A stretch of DNA of 64,000 nt, taken from Lingula anatina. Its lineage: Eukaryota > Animalia > Brachiopoda. Positions within the stretch are counted from its first letter, which is position 1. Every line of letters begins with the position of its first letter. Shown piece after piece: positions 27,175 to 40,028 of this stretch. The notes beneath the pieces are model-generated. The model saw nothing but the letters and a program-made list of their open reading frames with translations, was not told the DNA's origin and searched no databases. A program made the translations under genes and the position numbers. The DNA lies in NCBI GenBank assembly GCA_051362555.1, contig CM120647.1, positions 15,972,651-16,036,650 of the forward strand, read 5' to 3'.

Positions 27175-30100
27175 TTTGGGTGAAGCTGTTAAATTTAAAA
27201 AATAGCATAATATTTGAGGATAAATTAGTGGTATGAAAACACTGGCTGCAAAGACAAGTCTGTGATGTTGACATGCCCCATGGCAAATGCCACTGAAATA
27301 AAAGCTTGGCCAGTATAATTTTGTTAATTTGTTCCTGCCACCTTCTCTATCTTTACTTAGGACCTGTCATCTTGGACCCTTGTGGCCACCCCAACCACCA
27401 TCACTATCCTGTGGAATGGTTGGATAGGGGGCACTGCAAAAGTTGAAAGCATTTGGAACAGCAAGACTGAAAGACTTTTGCTAGTTCTAGGAAAGCAAAA
27501 TGTGCAATGGGCTGTTGTAATGAAAACCAAACCGTTATGTCAGCATGATGACAGGCTTTTCTTTCTAGATTGCTTTATGTGGCTGTACCTCAAGATTCAA
27601 TAGTCAATCAAAGCAAGGAATTAGATAATTCCTTGATCAAGTGACAGCCGGGTTATGTAGCCCATACACGTACATTGTACAGGCATAAGCATTTTAACTT
27701 TAAATCCAGCAAATTTTGAGTTTCAATCCTTAACATTCTTTACGAAAAAAGGCCGTAACTAAAGGAAAAAATAGATCAAAATGACATTTTAGTCTTTAAT
27801 TTATAGTAAGCTTTTCAAGGCACACGCAGCTCAGTCAGTCAACTAGATGAATTCAACCAACTTGATTCAACTAGCCGGCTGAGCTATTTTAAAACCAAAA
27901 CCAAGGGCCCCAGTTAAGTCGCACTGGAGACGGCCCTTTCCATTTTATTGTTTTATGACCCGTGTCGATTAAAGAATAGAAGAGTTATGTCAATTTACCT
28001 GCAAAATTGGTTCACAACGTTGTAGCAAAACAATGTCACGTTTTTGCCGCAAGACGAACAGACAGACAAACAAAAATGAAAAAGGAAAGAAAACTTGCTT
28101 CCGATGCTGCACCTGATTAGAGGCACCTGCAAAAAAGTAATAATAATAATAATGACAATAATAATAATAATGACAAGAATAATAGATAGATAGATGTACA
28201 AAGAAATAAAATGAATAAAATGAAAATTAAATTAACATATATAGTATTTATTTTGATATTTGCCTTTTCCAATTCTCACAGAGTTATGGCGATTACGTGC
28301 CAGAAAAGGAAGAGAAATTAAGTTGGTAAGTCGTGGGAAAATGCCATTTACCCCGGGAAAATATGTTAAATATGAGTTTTTGGCGCAAAAATCCTGGCTT
28401 GGAAGTCTTCAAAAAGGAGAAAAAAGACATTAAAATTTCAATTTTGTCTTCGCGAAATAACAATTAATAAAAAAGTTATCAAATGTTGACAGTCAAACGG
28501 CCTTTGTTTTATTTGTGCAGTAAGTACGTGCAATAGATGTACGACTGCTTTGCTGGCTTTTTGTGATGGATTTTGAGGGGAAGTGTTTAAACTTCCTGTA
28601 CATAAGCCTATCCTGGACTGGCTGTCACCTTGACTGACCATAGGACCTAGTAAACCATATAGAACACTTGTCTCCAAGAATAATGAAAAATAATAAAATC
28701 GGTTAAGCAATTTTATTGTGAGCTATATGTCTGAAATAGTTAGCTTATATGTATTTTGGTATTATAATGATCTAAAGTATTTATACTTATTTATGCTTAT
28801 GTGCAAAATTTATGTAAAACTGTAGTTTAGAGAGCTTGTAAAATGTAATTATTATTTATTATTATTATTTTAAACGAATTAGTGTAAAGTGTAATCTTTT
28901 ATTGATTTAGCATTTATCAGCTGTTATTTACAGTGGCACGTAAAATTATTTTGGAACATAACAAGCCGTCTTTTCACGAGTCTCTTAACTTTTCTTACGT
29001 CAGTGGGTCTACCAGTAGGCCTACCAGTGCATCTCACTTCTAGTACCAGCCACGATCGAGATCAAAAGGCTCGAGCCAACTACCGCAATATCATAAAAAG
29101 GAGCACCCAATGATGAATTGCTTACACAATCCCGTCCTCGTACTTGGGACGCTCTTAAGCACAGAAGAATTGTTTTGATGCCTTTTTGATTATGTTTCGA
29201 AAACCACTGTTGTTGTTTGAAAAAGAATATATTTAATTTTTCACGCGTTAGGTGAAAATAACGTCAGTTTAATTGAATCAATGTCTTAAAGACCTCACTT
29301 TTGGAGACAGCACACTTCCCTGTGAATATATTTGTATTTTAATTTATTCATTTATTTATATTTATTGTTACGTCCTTTGAGGAGATTTGGTCGAGTTTGC
29401 GATTCTTCTTCAATTACACATATGTTGGCGTTTGGTTGTTTGTGACATTTAATTAATGCGTGCTTTTTTACTATTTGTGAAACACGATAAAAAGAAGACA
29501 GAAAGAATACACGTGTTCACGTGGAAAGTTCACCTGTTAGCAAAAAATGCAAATAGTTGATATTCCGAATAAACGCATTTTCACGCCTTTTAAAGACAAA
29601 TATTGTCTTAAAAGACAAATGTTAAATCTTTCCTTAAAATGCAGTCAATGAAAAAGCAATTGGTATAGGCCCTAAACAATGAAATGTACATTATTAAATG
29701 TTTTACATAATCAATGTCCTTCTTCCCGGGAGAAGAGGAAACGCAATAATTTATGCAAACGAACGATGGCAAAAAAGTGAATTTTTTTCACATTCACGTT
29801 ATAAACGTCTTCTTTGAAGTTGGTGTGTTAAAAATAAATTGACTTTTAAAAGGGAATGATCGTTAGTTATCCCCTTTCACGAACACATTTAACTCGCGTC
29901 TTTGAGGTTCGCTAATCTGAAAAGAAATTAAAAAAATGATTACAAAAGTAATCGCCATAAACGATTCAGAGATGCTAAACTATCTTAAAGAGGCAAAATA
30001 GGAAATTACAGGTATATAATTGAATGGCAATAAAAACTTGACAGCAACCAGCGTTCAAGGTGAAATGCTATTATAGACGTTGATGAGAACTATATTCTTC

Positions 30101-30413
30101 TCATAATGCCAGCAAAGCACCCAATAATTGCAAGCTGTTGCTAGGACAGCGGGGAGTTCCTTGTTTAACTTGTATGCCTGGCTCTTTTCACTCCCTTACC
30201 GTATTTCGATTTGCTACACTTAACTATCATTCTAACTGAAGTATTCAAAATGAGCTTTGGCAAAAAAGCGAAATATTGAATAAGTTTGATTTGCCGTAAA
30301 TGCCATGAACTTGATTGCAGATAGATGTTATTGTATATTGGTGTGTGTATCATGCACAACGACAATAAACGACACTGGCTTTCATCACGAATGTTTGCAT
30401 GTGTATGTGTCTT

Positions 30414-30643
30414 CGTGGCGGAATTAAGGGGGATTAAAGGGAGTCCTGATCCCCCCCCCCCCCCCCCCCCCCCCGTCGGTTTCTGAAAAAAACATACTAA
30501 TATTCCCCTCTTGGAATTAGAATTTTCACTAGCTGATTTATATTACTAAACCGTACCAAATGCCATCGTTCGCCCTCTAAAATGCCAAAACCCCACACCG
30601 CATCCGCAGACTCCCCCCTCAAATAATCCTCGATCTGCCCCTG
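30414..30643. mobile_element. MITE with GGCGGA..TCTGCCCCTG termini, subfamily 2
   Basis: Shares TCTGAAAAAA..AGAATTTT..CTAAACC..CCAAATG core with 34574-34789 and 41320-41521. Confidence 0.65.
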
Positions 30644-31589
30644 TTTAAAGTCCTTCTCTTTTATATCATACCCGGTCTCCACGTTTCGTTACAGCTATGA
30701 CGACACTCCCCTGTCCGGACTGCATTCAATTATTCATAGAACACACACAGAGATCTTAACACATAGATCGATCGTTATTCATTAGACCTGATTTAGCGAG
30801 AAAATTTCGAGGTTTGGCACAGCGACTTCATGGCCTTGTGGTGCATTGACCGACACACAGCGAGAGGATTGAAAAGGAAAGAACCAGATTACACAGAATT
30901 TTATCATTATCATATTCTATAGTTTTTTTTTCACTGAAAAATTTCTTTGGAAAAATCCATTGGACGTACCAGTGGTGTGTTTAACTAAAATCTTTTGAAA
31001 AATTGGATGTGTAACGATTTTAATTTCTTCCAAATGATAATACTTAGAAATAAACGTTTCAAATGGAAATAGACCTTATCAGTGAGGAATAGCAGTGTGA
31101 TGGTAAAAAAGTACATGTGCTGTTCTGTGTTAATTGACTGAAAGGTCACCGTAAACAAAAAGCACTCCCAAGGTGGCTATACCTATCTTCAAGTGCTAAT
31201 GATGACGACGGTTTTGACATTAAATGCAAGATGCATTTCTTCTCTTCATCGGGGTTTCCAGTGAATAAAATACTAGTACATTGAATATTTTGTTTGGGAT
31301 TAACAGATGTATAATAATACCCGAATGCCATATTTTCTTACATTTCTTTATTTTGTATAATGGGCGTTTTAACAAAAAAAACTTGTTTGTTCATAACAAC
31401 TGACTTATAAAAATCACGCATAAAAAAACTTTAATTAATGTCATATCGTGTATTTTGGAATTAAATGAGATTTCCCTCTGTAACAATATCATATCACGAC
31501 ATAAGCCATAAGTTTATTATATGGAAGAAATCTACAGTAAAGCCATGAGTGAGAGGAGGGCGATAAGGCCTCATCAGTGTCAGTCACTG

Positions 31590-33051
31590 TAGGGGTGGGC
31601 AAATGAAACCTTTTTTTTTAAATTTAATTTCAAACAAGTGGATTCTGTGGCCATATTGGCTGCTGAATACAAATATAAAAAGTTTTTTTGTTTCAGATTA
31701 CATCTGATATTGGTATCTAGCAATTTTTCAAAATGGCCAACAACCCCCCCCCCCCCCCCAAATCACAGATTCCTCATGTAAATCTTTAAATATCAGTTCA
31801 AGTGTGGCTTGTGATATGTCTAACCATATGATTTCACGATAAATGAGCGCAAAATAGACAAATCAGTTTTGTTGGGTCATTTCATTTTGGGTTAAAAAGA
31901 GGATTTTTGGTCATTTTGAGGTAAAAATCACCCCTAACTGACCATTTGTGTGTACAAAAATACAAATCTTCATGCACCTGTGATTTTTAAGTTGGGGAAA
32001 ACAATAAAACAACAAATACATTCAATATTGTTCAAGGTTCATATGAAACTGTACAGCCTTGCCATATGGAGTAGTCATAATGTTAGTAACATACAGGAAT
32101 ATGTACAGTAGTACACTCTGTAGCAGAGCATTAATGTCATCATTTACAGTGCCTTCTGGCCTCAGTGCATTTCTTATTGATGTTTTCAGTTCCTCTACAT
32201 CGAATTTTTCCATTCTAAGCTTGCCATCTGCTGCTTTTACACGTCTCATCTGACGAATGTCTAGAGCTACTTTCATCTAAAAGCTGTTTTTCTGTGAGAC
32301 TTGGTAATATGTCTAGGCTCTTTGCAATCATTGGGCCATTATGGTCTTTACATCTTCCCAAAACTGCCAGAGTTTTACCAGCTTTTTTCTTCTTGAGCTC
32401 CTCCTTCTTGTGTAGTGCTAGTTTCTTTGCAGATTCAACAGTTGCAAGAAAGTCTGCTTCTAGTTTTTGCACTGCTTTCACCTCTTCAGAGCAGCGAGCC
32501 CATTTCCACCTTCCTTTCCTTTCTGCTGTCCTCTTCCTTTCAAATTGAGAATGGACCAGAAGACCCCCACTTGCAAGCAGATTCTTTCTGGAAAACGTCT
32601 GAACAGTAGAACTTCCTCCAGTTACTTTATTCCTGTGGTCTAGCTTTGGAAATTTAGACTCACGCCTTTTATTTATTTATTTATTTTTTTTGCTTTTTTG
32701 TTCACTGCAGATTGTTCTCGCTCATGTTTCCTTTTCTGTTGTTTCTTCCAATGTTTTGGAACTGTAGAAGTACACACAGCGTTGTAACACCCAAAGCAAT
32801 TATCTTCGTAGAAAGCTTCGTCCTGTTTGGTCATCTTTACTCCGAATTCATCTTCAAGCTGCTTTTGATATGCTGAGTCGTTTGTTCGAATGTTGTGAGC
32901 GTCAGATGTCAGCACGTCATTGAAATGAGTGGCACTTTTAAACCATTCGTCAGTTCTCTTCTTTTCCTTACAATGCTCCATTTTTTAAAAGTTATTAACC
33001 GCTCATAGTCTGCTTTAATTTTCCTTGCTACAGATCTTTCATGCATAGAAT

Positions 33052-33093
<42 letters not shown>

Positions 33094-33491
33094 GATCCAA
33101 TCTTTCCTGAGCTCATTAGCAACCATCTTGCTGCTTGTATCACGAGACTTTGCCTTCTGTCCCTTGGCTGTTTTTTTACTAAGCGCTAGCATTCTATCGA
33201 TGATCTGGATCCCAGATGGTGATTTGCCAGTGGATTTGAACTCAGTGATTTCTTTGTAACTTTCTCCTAACAGTTCTTTTTTTGTGTCATTGCGCAATGT
33301 TGTCTTCTTTCATCCACCCTCTACCAGGGCCACAGATTGATTTTTCACTAGATATTAACGGATATGTCTCTGGTTAAATAGATGGCTAATCTCTGCACTG
33401 TATCTTTCATCCACGGTGGTGGTGAAATACTATTCTCTACCAGGGCCGCAGTTATTATTGTGGACGTATTTGCTGAGGTCTTTTTTCCACA

Positions 33492-33522
<31 letters not shown>

Positions 33523-33630
33523 TAATATAAATCTTTATCTTTGGTAAAAAAATATTGTTGGACTTGTGTTCAGCAGCCAAAATGGCCACAGAATCCACCT
33601 GTTTTATTTATTGTCATTTGCTCACCCCTT
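31590..33630 (-). mobile_element. Decayed, internally deleted DNA transposon (hAT-like termini) with transposase fragments
   Basis: Imperfect TIRs TAGGGGTGGGCAAATGA..GTGGATTCTGTGGCCATATTGGCTGCTGAA (31590) and TTCAGCAGCCAAAATGGCCACAGAATCCAC..TCATTTGCTCACCCCT (to 33629). Broken minus-strand ORFs at 33028-33297, 32909-33100, 32673-32981, 32215-32481, 32022-32276. No clean TSD seen, so superfamily is tentative. Confidence 0.72.
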
Positions 33631-34573
33631 TTGTCACCCACAGTCTAATGGACTAACTGGTGCCTACACGTTCAGAAAAGAGTGACAAATATACAAAACT
33701 ATGTAATCGTTGTACAATTGTACATCTCTCCTGATTTACGACTAGGCTCTCATTTATGTACATGTATATGTGTGTTCTTATTTTCATTGAAGCGACACCC
33801 CACATGAAGCCTACAAACCATCTCATAAACATAATTTCGGCTTCACATATTATACCAAACAGAAAGCGAATAACGTCAAATTTCATTCAAATGAGGTATT
33901 ATTTTTCATTTTATACATCCCTCTATTGCAAAAAGTTATTGAATATTAAAATATTGATTTAATGTCAAAAGCCTTCACTATAACCTACATGTATATCATA
34001 ATTAATGCACTGATGAGTTGGACTCTTGGTTCCAACATGGGTTCTCTGTTCAGAAAATGAGAGTTCCAGGATTCTACGGTTCAAAATCTGCTGTCCGTTG
34101 GCCCCTGAGATTTAAAACTTAGCCTCCAGAGGTTCCTAGTTTAAAAATGCTGCCCGCCGGACTGTTAGTTTTAAAAAAGGCTCCGGCGGACACTGATCTG
34201 ACTGGACACTGTCACGTCACACCGGTATTCCGTTTCACGGCGACTGTACGTTTTTAGTCTTTAAATTTAAATTTTTGATCACCACAGGCATCATACGAAG
34301 GCTATATTGTCAAAACATTTTGTGTCCCATTAAAGACCCCAATACTTTCTGTTGACCCATAATTTGTACTGATTCCATGGGACTCTGCTGCCATTTCTTG
34401 TTCTACCATTTCTGTCACACCGATTTGTGTAGAGGTTGTATGCAGACACTCCTGGTTTCGTTCTAATGTGTGTTTTTTTTATTTCGTTGCATGTGTGATC
34501 AAAGATATACCGTGTATGAAGGTTGATGAAGAGAGTTGCGTTCTAATCACACGCTACTGGAAATCTCTGCATC

Positions 34574-34789
34574 CAGCGGCGGATTTGAGGGGGGGTCAGG
34601 GGTCCTGACCTTCGATATCTGAAAAAATGGTTCCTCTTGAAATCAGAATTTTGACAAGGTGAATCATAGTTCTAAACCGTTCCAAATGGCACATTTCGCC
34701 CTCTCAGTTACCAACATTTTCGGGGCCATTCAGCAGCCCCCCCCCCTCCCCCCCCCTTCCCCTTTCAAATAATCTTGGACACGCCCCTG
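34574..34789. mobile_element. MITE subfamily 2 copy
   Basis: CAGCGGCGGATTT...GGACACGCCCCTG plus the shared core. Confidence 0.7.
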
Positions 34790-35157
34790 AATCCATTATA
34801 TCGCGCATAAAAAAAGCACACAAGGTGAACACGGCAGTGATAGAATTCCAACTCACGAAAAACTTGTTGACGTGGAATACTCAAAATAACAAACTAATTA
34901 TTCCAATTAACGTGACGGTTACAAAGGCATGTCCTACCGTGACTCTAAGTATTCTTGTTTGCCAGCGCTTAATGCACGCTACTCAAGTGTATACCTGAAT
35001 GCTTATGCAAGGCCGGCAAATTGATTCGGTAATTTCTTGCTCAGCAGCAATAAATCGTATCTTCTAAGAAGAGCGGGAGTTGTATAAATGTCCAGCAAGC
35101 GCTGATCTGCGTCACTTGTGTGCAACAACTGCACAGAGATTTCGAATATTCAAAAAC

Positions 35158-38100
35158 ATGATCATCATCCGCCTTACTTTAAGCGCGCTGATAATTGTTC
35201 AGCTTGCCCATGGAAATGGTCAACTTGCTGGATTAGCCCAAAAGTCACCCAACGTTGAGATTTGGACGCTTGCGGGACTCACGAGAGACCCAGAACATCT
35301 AAGAGATGAAGCGCAAGGAATAACCACTAAAAAGACGCCCATTACTGATGGAAGAATTCACAAGGGAATCACACAAGAGTCGTCCACTGTTGAGGGTAGA
35401 ATTCACGAGGGAATCACACAGAAGACGTCGCCCACTACTGAGGGTAAAATGCACGTGGACGTCACACAAGAGACGCCAACTACTAAGGATGGAATGCACA
35501 AGGAAGCCACACAAGAGTCCCCCAGTCAAAAGGATTCATTTCGAGAAATATCTGGCAACAGCAGTGAAACGTCTTCTTTCCCAGTTGTGATTCTCACGCC
35601 GTATAGATGGCTCTGTGTAAAAAATGGTAAACACAGCATCAGGGTCCACTGCAACTGCGATCCTTTGTGTGTCCTGTATGATGACTGCTGTTATGGGATG
35701 ACAGAGAATGCGACTGTGTGCGCTGCCTCTGTCAGATTAACAAGGACACACGGCACAATGCAATCTGCAACAATTCCTGGAACCAACGTAACAGAAACTC
35801 AAAGTGACAGCACCACCTCGGCTGCATCCCCTAACAAAACGTCTTTGATAAGGGGGGAAAAAAGAAGTCGACCCTGTGTCTATTTCCCTGGCACAAAAAA
35901 GCTCCTGTAGAAGAATTCCAGCATTAAAACGAGAAAACCGACAAAACACATTACCTTTTATGAACATGCATGGACTGAGTTTTTGGATGGTGGATCAGTG
36001 TCCGTCGTCTTGGCTGGAAGAGGAAAGCCTTGTCAAGTGTACTGATATCTCAAATACTAGCCTCACAGAAGACGCGCTATTGTACCAGCCAGTCACCGAC
36101 CCAGATACAATGATCACCTTCAGAAACAAGTACTGTGCAGCCTGTAATGGTATCAAGGGTACCGGGGAACCGTGGGAACTCGCCGTCTATTCCGCTAGGG
36201 CACTTCTTAGCGACATTACAAATTGCAGCTCCTCGATTTGTGTCTTAAGAAAAATGAGAGATCGCAGAAGTGATGGTTTTTTCCTCCCAAAGCCGGAATG
36301 GAATTTAGGGACATGCTTCAGGGAAATTGAGGGCGTTGCCTTTGGCCCTTGTCAGTTCAGCTTTATCAATGGAAGCGTGCGTCGTTTACCTCATCCACTC
36401 CCAATGCACTCAGCTTTACGAGATGCCTGTATGGCGTACAACAACCCTGTCGTCGTTAACCGTTTTGATGTAAGTTACAAGAATTACCACTGCATATTGT
36501 GTTATGTAGGTGATTTTACACTCGGGAAAGGTGAGTGGTTCGCTTTTCTACTACTACGTCATGTGTAAAAATTTTCCAGAACCATGCATTTATGGCATTT
36601 ATAATTACCGGTATCGTGCAGTTAACTGGCCTTCATCGTAATCTCAAGAATTTTATTTGAACCTTAGGAATAAAATGCACGTTTACGTTCTCGTAGATAT
36701 GATAATTATATATTTCCTAAAGAAATGGTGCAGTTCGATTTCGCCTAAGTATCACAAAGAAACAGCTTAAATATTCATATTGCCAAGCATTCTTGCAAGA
36801 TGTGCAGTATCTTTTGATTAAATTTATGTGTTTGGAAATAACATTATTGCAGATACAGTGTATATGGAGTTTTAATTCAATTTAGTTTTCATATATAATA
36901 CGGAAAAGGAAACAATTGATTGAAAATAGACGGAAAACCTAACTGACATTGATTACTGAGAAAAATAACGTTTTTTATGGAATTGTACTATGATGAAAGT
37001 TATTGACAGTCCTCCATAATGTATATTAGTTTTTGCATCTTGGGATTGAGCTTCACTGTAATGTATTTCACTTGGTTCATTATGTGTAATATAAATAAGT
37101 CAGTGATAGGGAATTTTAAAGTGGTATCAGATCTTTAGGTCACCACTAATGGCGTATTCTATATTGATTTTGTAGTCACTTGTCTGTAATCTATAAAACT
37201 TGACTTGGCACCTAGACAAGTAACAAATTTCTACAGAAGAGGTCGCACGGTCGCAAAAAAGTACATTTGATGATATCATTAGCTCTTTTTAGGCGTTTTA
37301 TGCGACCATGAAATACTTCTGCTATTTCACTGTAGCGAGTCATCTTGCTTACGAGACACAAGATGAACGACGAGTTGATTTCGACTTCTGCCCCATGGAC
37401 AATTAAAAGAGATTAATTCGATTTAGCAGTTTGACTTACAACAATACGAGTAGTTGAACAACACGTAGCTGATCATGTTTGCTAATCTTGCATGCCCACT
37501 AATTAATTGACTTAATTAGTGGGCATGCATTCAGATTCAGATCAAAATTGCACACCGCCACCTCTAAGAACCTTCGGTCTTTCTTTCCGTGCCCTATTGT
37601 ACCTGGGAGACCAAGACAGGAAACAGAGTGATGACGTCATGACTAGGGTGAGAAAACGAGCTGCAATAATCATGAATGATGAGGATGATACTAAAAATTG
37701 CATGTATAGATAAAATATTGTAAATAATTACGTTATTAATTCTTTCCCGCATGTGTCATGTTAATAGTCTGATGTAATTATTGTCAGAAGTGTCTTCCCG
37801 ACTTTATGGATGTAAACCGTAAGTCGTAAATACAATGTGAATCTGAACACGTCCCTTTTTTCCAGCCTGTAGATCAGCAGATAGTGTGCCCCCCTGGTTT
37901 TGTTCCTGTTGCCCAGGACTGCCGCTTTACATTTTGAACCATGCGACTGGGTTCCAACACCCAGGGATGGCTGTGGAGATATCAGAAGTGATGGTCGATT
38001 GGCAGCTGTACTGAGAGCTGTGCCGGCACGCTTTCATTACTGTGGGCGGAAACACGGCGCTGTTGACACGTCCATCACCTTTGTCCTTGAAACAATGGTC

Positions 38101-38397
38101 ACTCTTCACGTGAGAATAGCCCACTACGAGGAAGGTCGTAACATGTTTAACCATGTGCAAGCACGGATGGAAACTGCTCTGCAAAACGCGCAGTTGAAGA
38201 TATCCGGAAGGCCAGTGGGTGTACGTTCAGGATCGTTCTCTGCCTGCATGAAGAACGCCACGAACCCCAGCTCCGTGAGGCCATTTCATGGGGTGTCCAC
38301 GCTCTCAACCCCGAGGCAGAGCCGAGGAAATATACCTGTTGGTAATGTTACAGTTTGGTTGTTAATGGCGCTGGTGGCAGTGGTGTGGGATTTCTAA
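35158..38397 (+). CDS. Secreted/GPI-like somatomedin-B-domain cysteine-rich protein; two apparent +1 frameshifts (pseudogene or assembly error)
   Basis: TATAAA at 35083; signal peptide MIIIRLTLSALIIVQLAHG; T/E-rich repeats; SMB motif HCNCDPLCVLYDDCC; Cys modules PVTDPDTMITFRNKYCAACN and YKNYHCILC; hydrophobic C-terminus VTVWLLMALVAVVWDF. Exons ~35158-36530, 37520(or 37535)-37647, 37866-38397. Frame breaks near 35852-35900 and 37925-37936. Confidence 0.75.
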
Positions 38398-38599
38398 CTA
38401 TATGGGCATGACCATATGAAGAAAGATGTAGTATTGGCACTACTTTGACTAATCAATACATAGATGGATATCCAAGGTTTTTCGTGCTTGTTTCGTAATT
38501 TATCGTTTTAATTATAATTAAGTTTTAAAAACAGTTACAGTTTTACTATTCGGCAAAATTATTCTAAAATAGTTATGTGGACTTTATGACCAACAAGCT

Positions 38600-38795
38600 T
38601 CCGTTTTTGCCTTTGGTTTGTTTGCAAGATAACAACCTAACTCAAAAAGTTAAGGGACCATTTTGATTAACTTTTTAGGATAAGTCAGAAATGGCCTAAA
38701 TAAGAAGCGATGAGGTTTTGGTGGCTGTTCTTTATTTGAGTAATTAATCATGGTAATTGAATTGTCTTGGCAGGAGATTGCGGTCTTTGAGTGTT
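38600..38795 (+). mobile_element. Degenerate relative of the 60771-60995 element
   Basis: GTTTGTTTG..AACTCAAAAAGTTA..TTTTGATTAACTTTTTAGGA..TTTTGGTGG..CTTGGCAGGAG..TGCG is collinear with that copy. Confidence 0.55.
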
Positions 38796-39165
38796 TTTTT
38801 ATTTTTATTTATTTATATTTTTTTTTTGAGTTATCAATTATTCTGTATTCAGTTAGACTAATTCGTGCACGCAGCAGACTAGAGCTCTATACAAGAAGCC
38901 ATACCAAAGGCCCTATATAGAGTCTTGCTTGACAGTACAGATATGTGTATAGAATTAGCAAGTGATATATCTGTGAATTTCTAGTGAAAAAATTAATCTG
39001 TGGTCGTGGTAGAGAGTAGCAGATTAGCTTTGGTTCTCTTTTTGATTCACTGTTAAAACAGTCACAGGTCTTGTGGTGCATGACTGGTATTATAAATGTA
39101 AATTGATCTTTGTGAGATAGTTAACGATAGCATGATTTTCTTCGTAATTAAGTTATCAATTTGAT

Positions 39166-40028
39166 AAGCCTGGGTCCCAACTCCACTTACGATTTTTAAA
39201 GTTCCTCTTGTCTGGCTGAGACGTAGCTAGATCGCAGGGAAGTAATTGGTGAATGCAAGGAGTGCGCAAGAAGAAAGTGCGTGGAAAGTACGAGAGTGTG
39301 TGGAAAGCACAGGTGTCCCGCGAGCATCGTGCACTACGTACAGGTACGCTATCCGTACTAAGAGTACTAAGAGGAACGCAAAAACAACGGAAATGAACGT
39401 AGCGCAGTCTTGCTGCTTTCCTACAGTTGTTGCTCGTCCTTTGCACGCGAGTCTTGCGCGTTGAGATGTTTTTGCGAAGGTATAAAAACAGCGCATGTAT
39501 AGGAGATCATTATATCCGCAGCAGTTTTCAAAGATGTGGTCTTTTTAGGCATTTTTCAAACTTGAAATCCAAGTCTGAAATTGATACATTTTTCGTGCAT
39601 GCTCCTCCTTTTAAACCCACGGTCCGTGCTCGTGGAGTGACCACTGGTCACTCATCGATCACGAAGCCCCTGAGGTCCACACGGTGGGCGCGTGGAAGTG
39701 CGGAGTGAGCACGGAGTGAGCAAGAAATAAGAACGTGTATCTTGCGCCTTAACCATGTACATCGCACGCAACGTAGCCACCCAAGCGTAGTGGGAAATAA
39801 AGAAGTCGCTCACGTGTTCCGTACGCCACGCGGACGTTTCTTCCTTTTAGATTTCGTAGACAGCACGCAGCGGATGTTGATCATGTCGAAAATGTTCTAC
39901 GCGCAGTCTGCGCCCTCCAATAGCTGCACGGTGGACGTGCTCCTTACGTACGAAATCCCGCGGTTTCCCCATTTTTTGGGCCGTAGACCACACGTAGCAG
40001 CCCGTACGTTGGGTTGGGACCCAGGTTT
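39166..40028. mobile_element. CpG-rich non-autonomous DNA transposon (Harbinger-like, tentative)
   Basis: TIRs AAGCCTGGGTCCCAAC / GTTGGGACCCAGGTTT bound a GC/CpG-rich block with short internal repeats; no clean TSD. Confidence 0.6.

Noticed and set aside
35852-35864. G6A6 as a programmed -1 frameshift site
   Set aside because: The required shift is +1 and no X_XXY_YYZ heptamer is in the right frame; an indel is more parsimonious.
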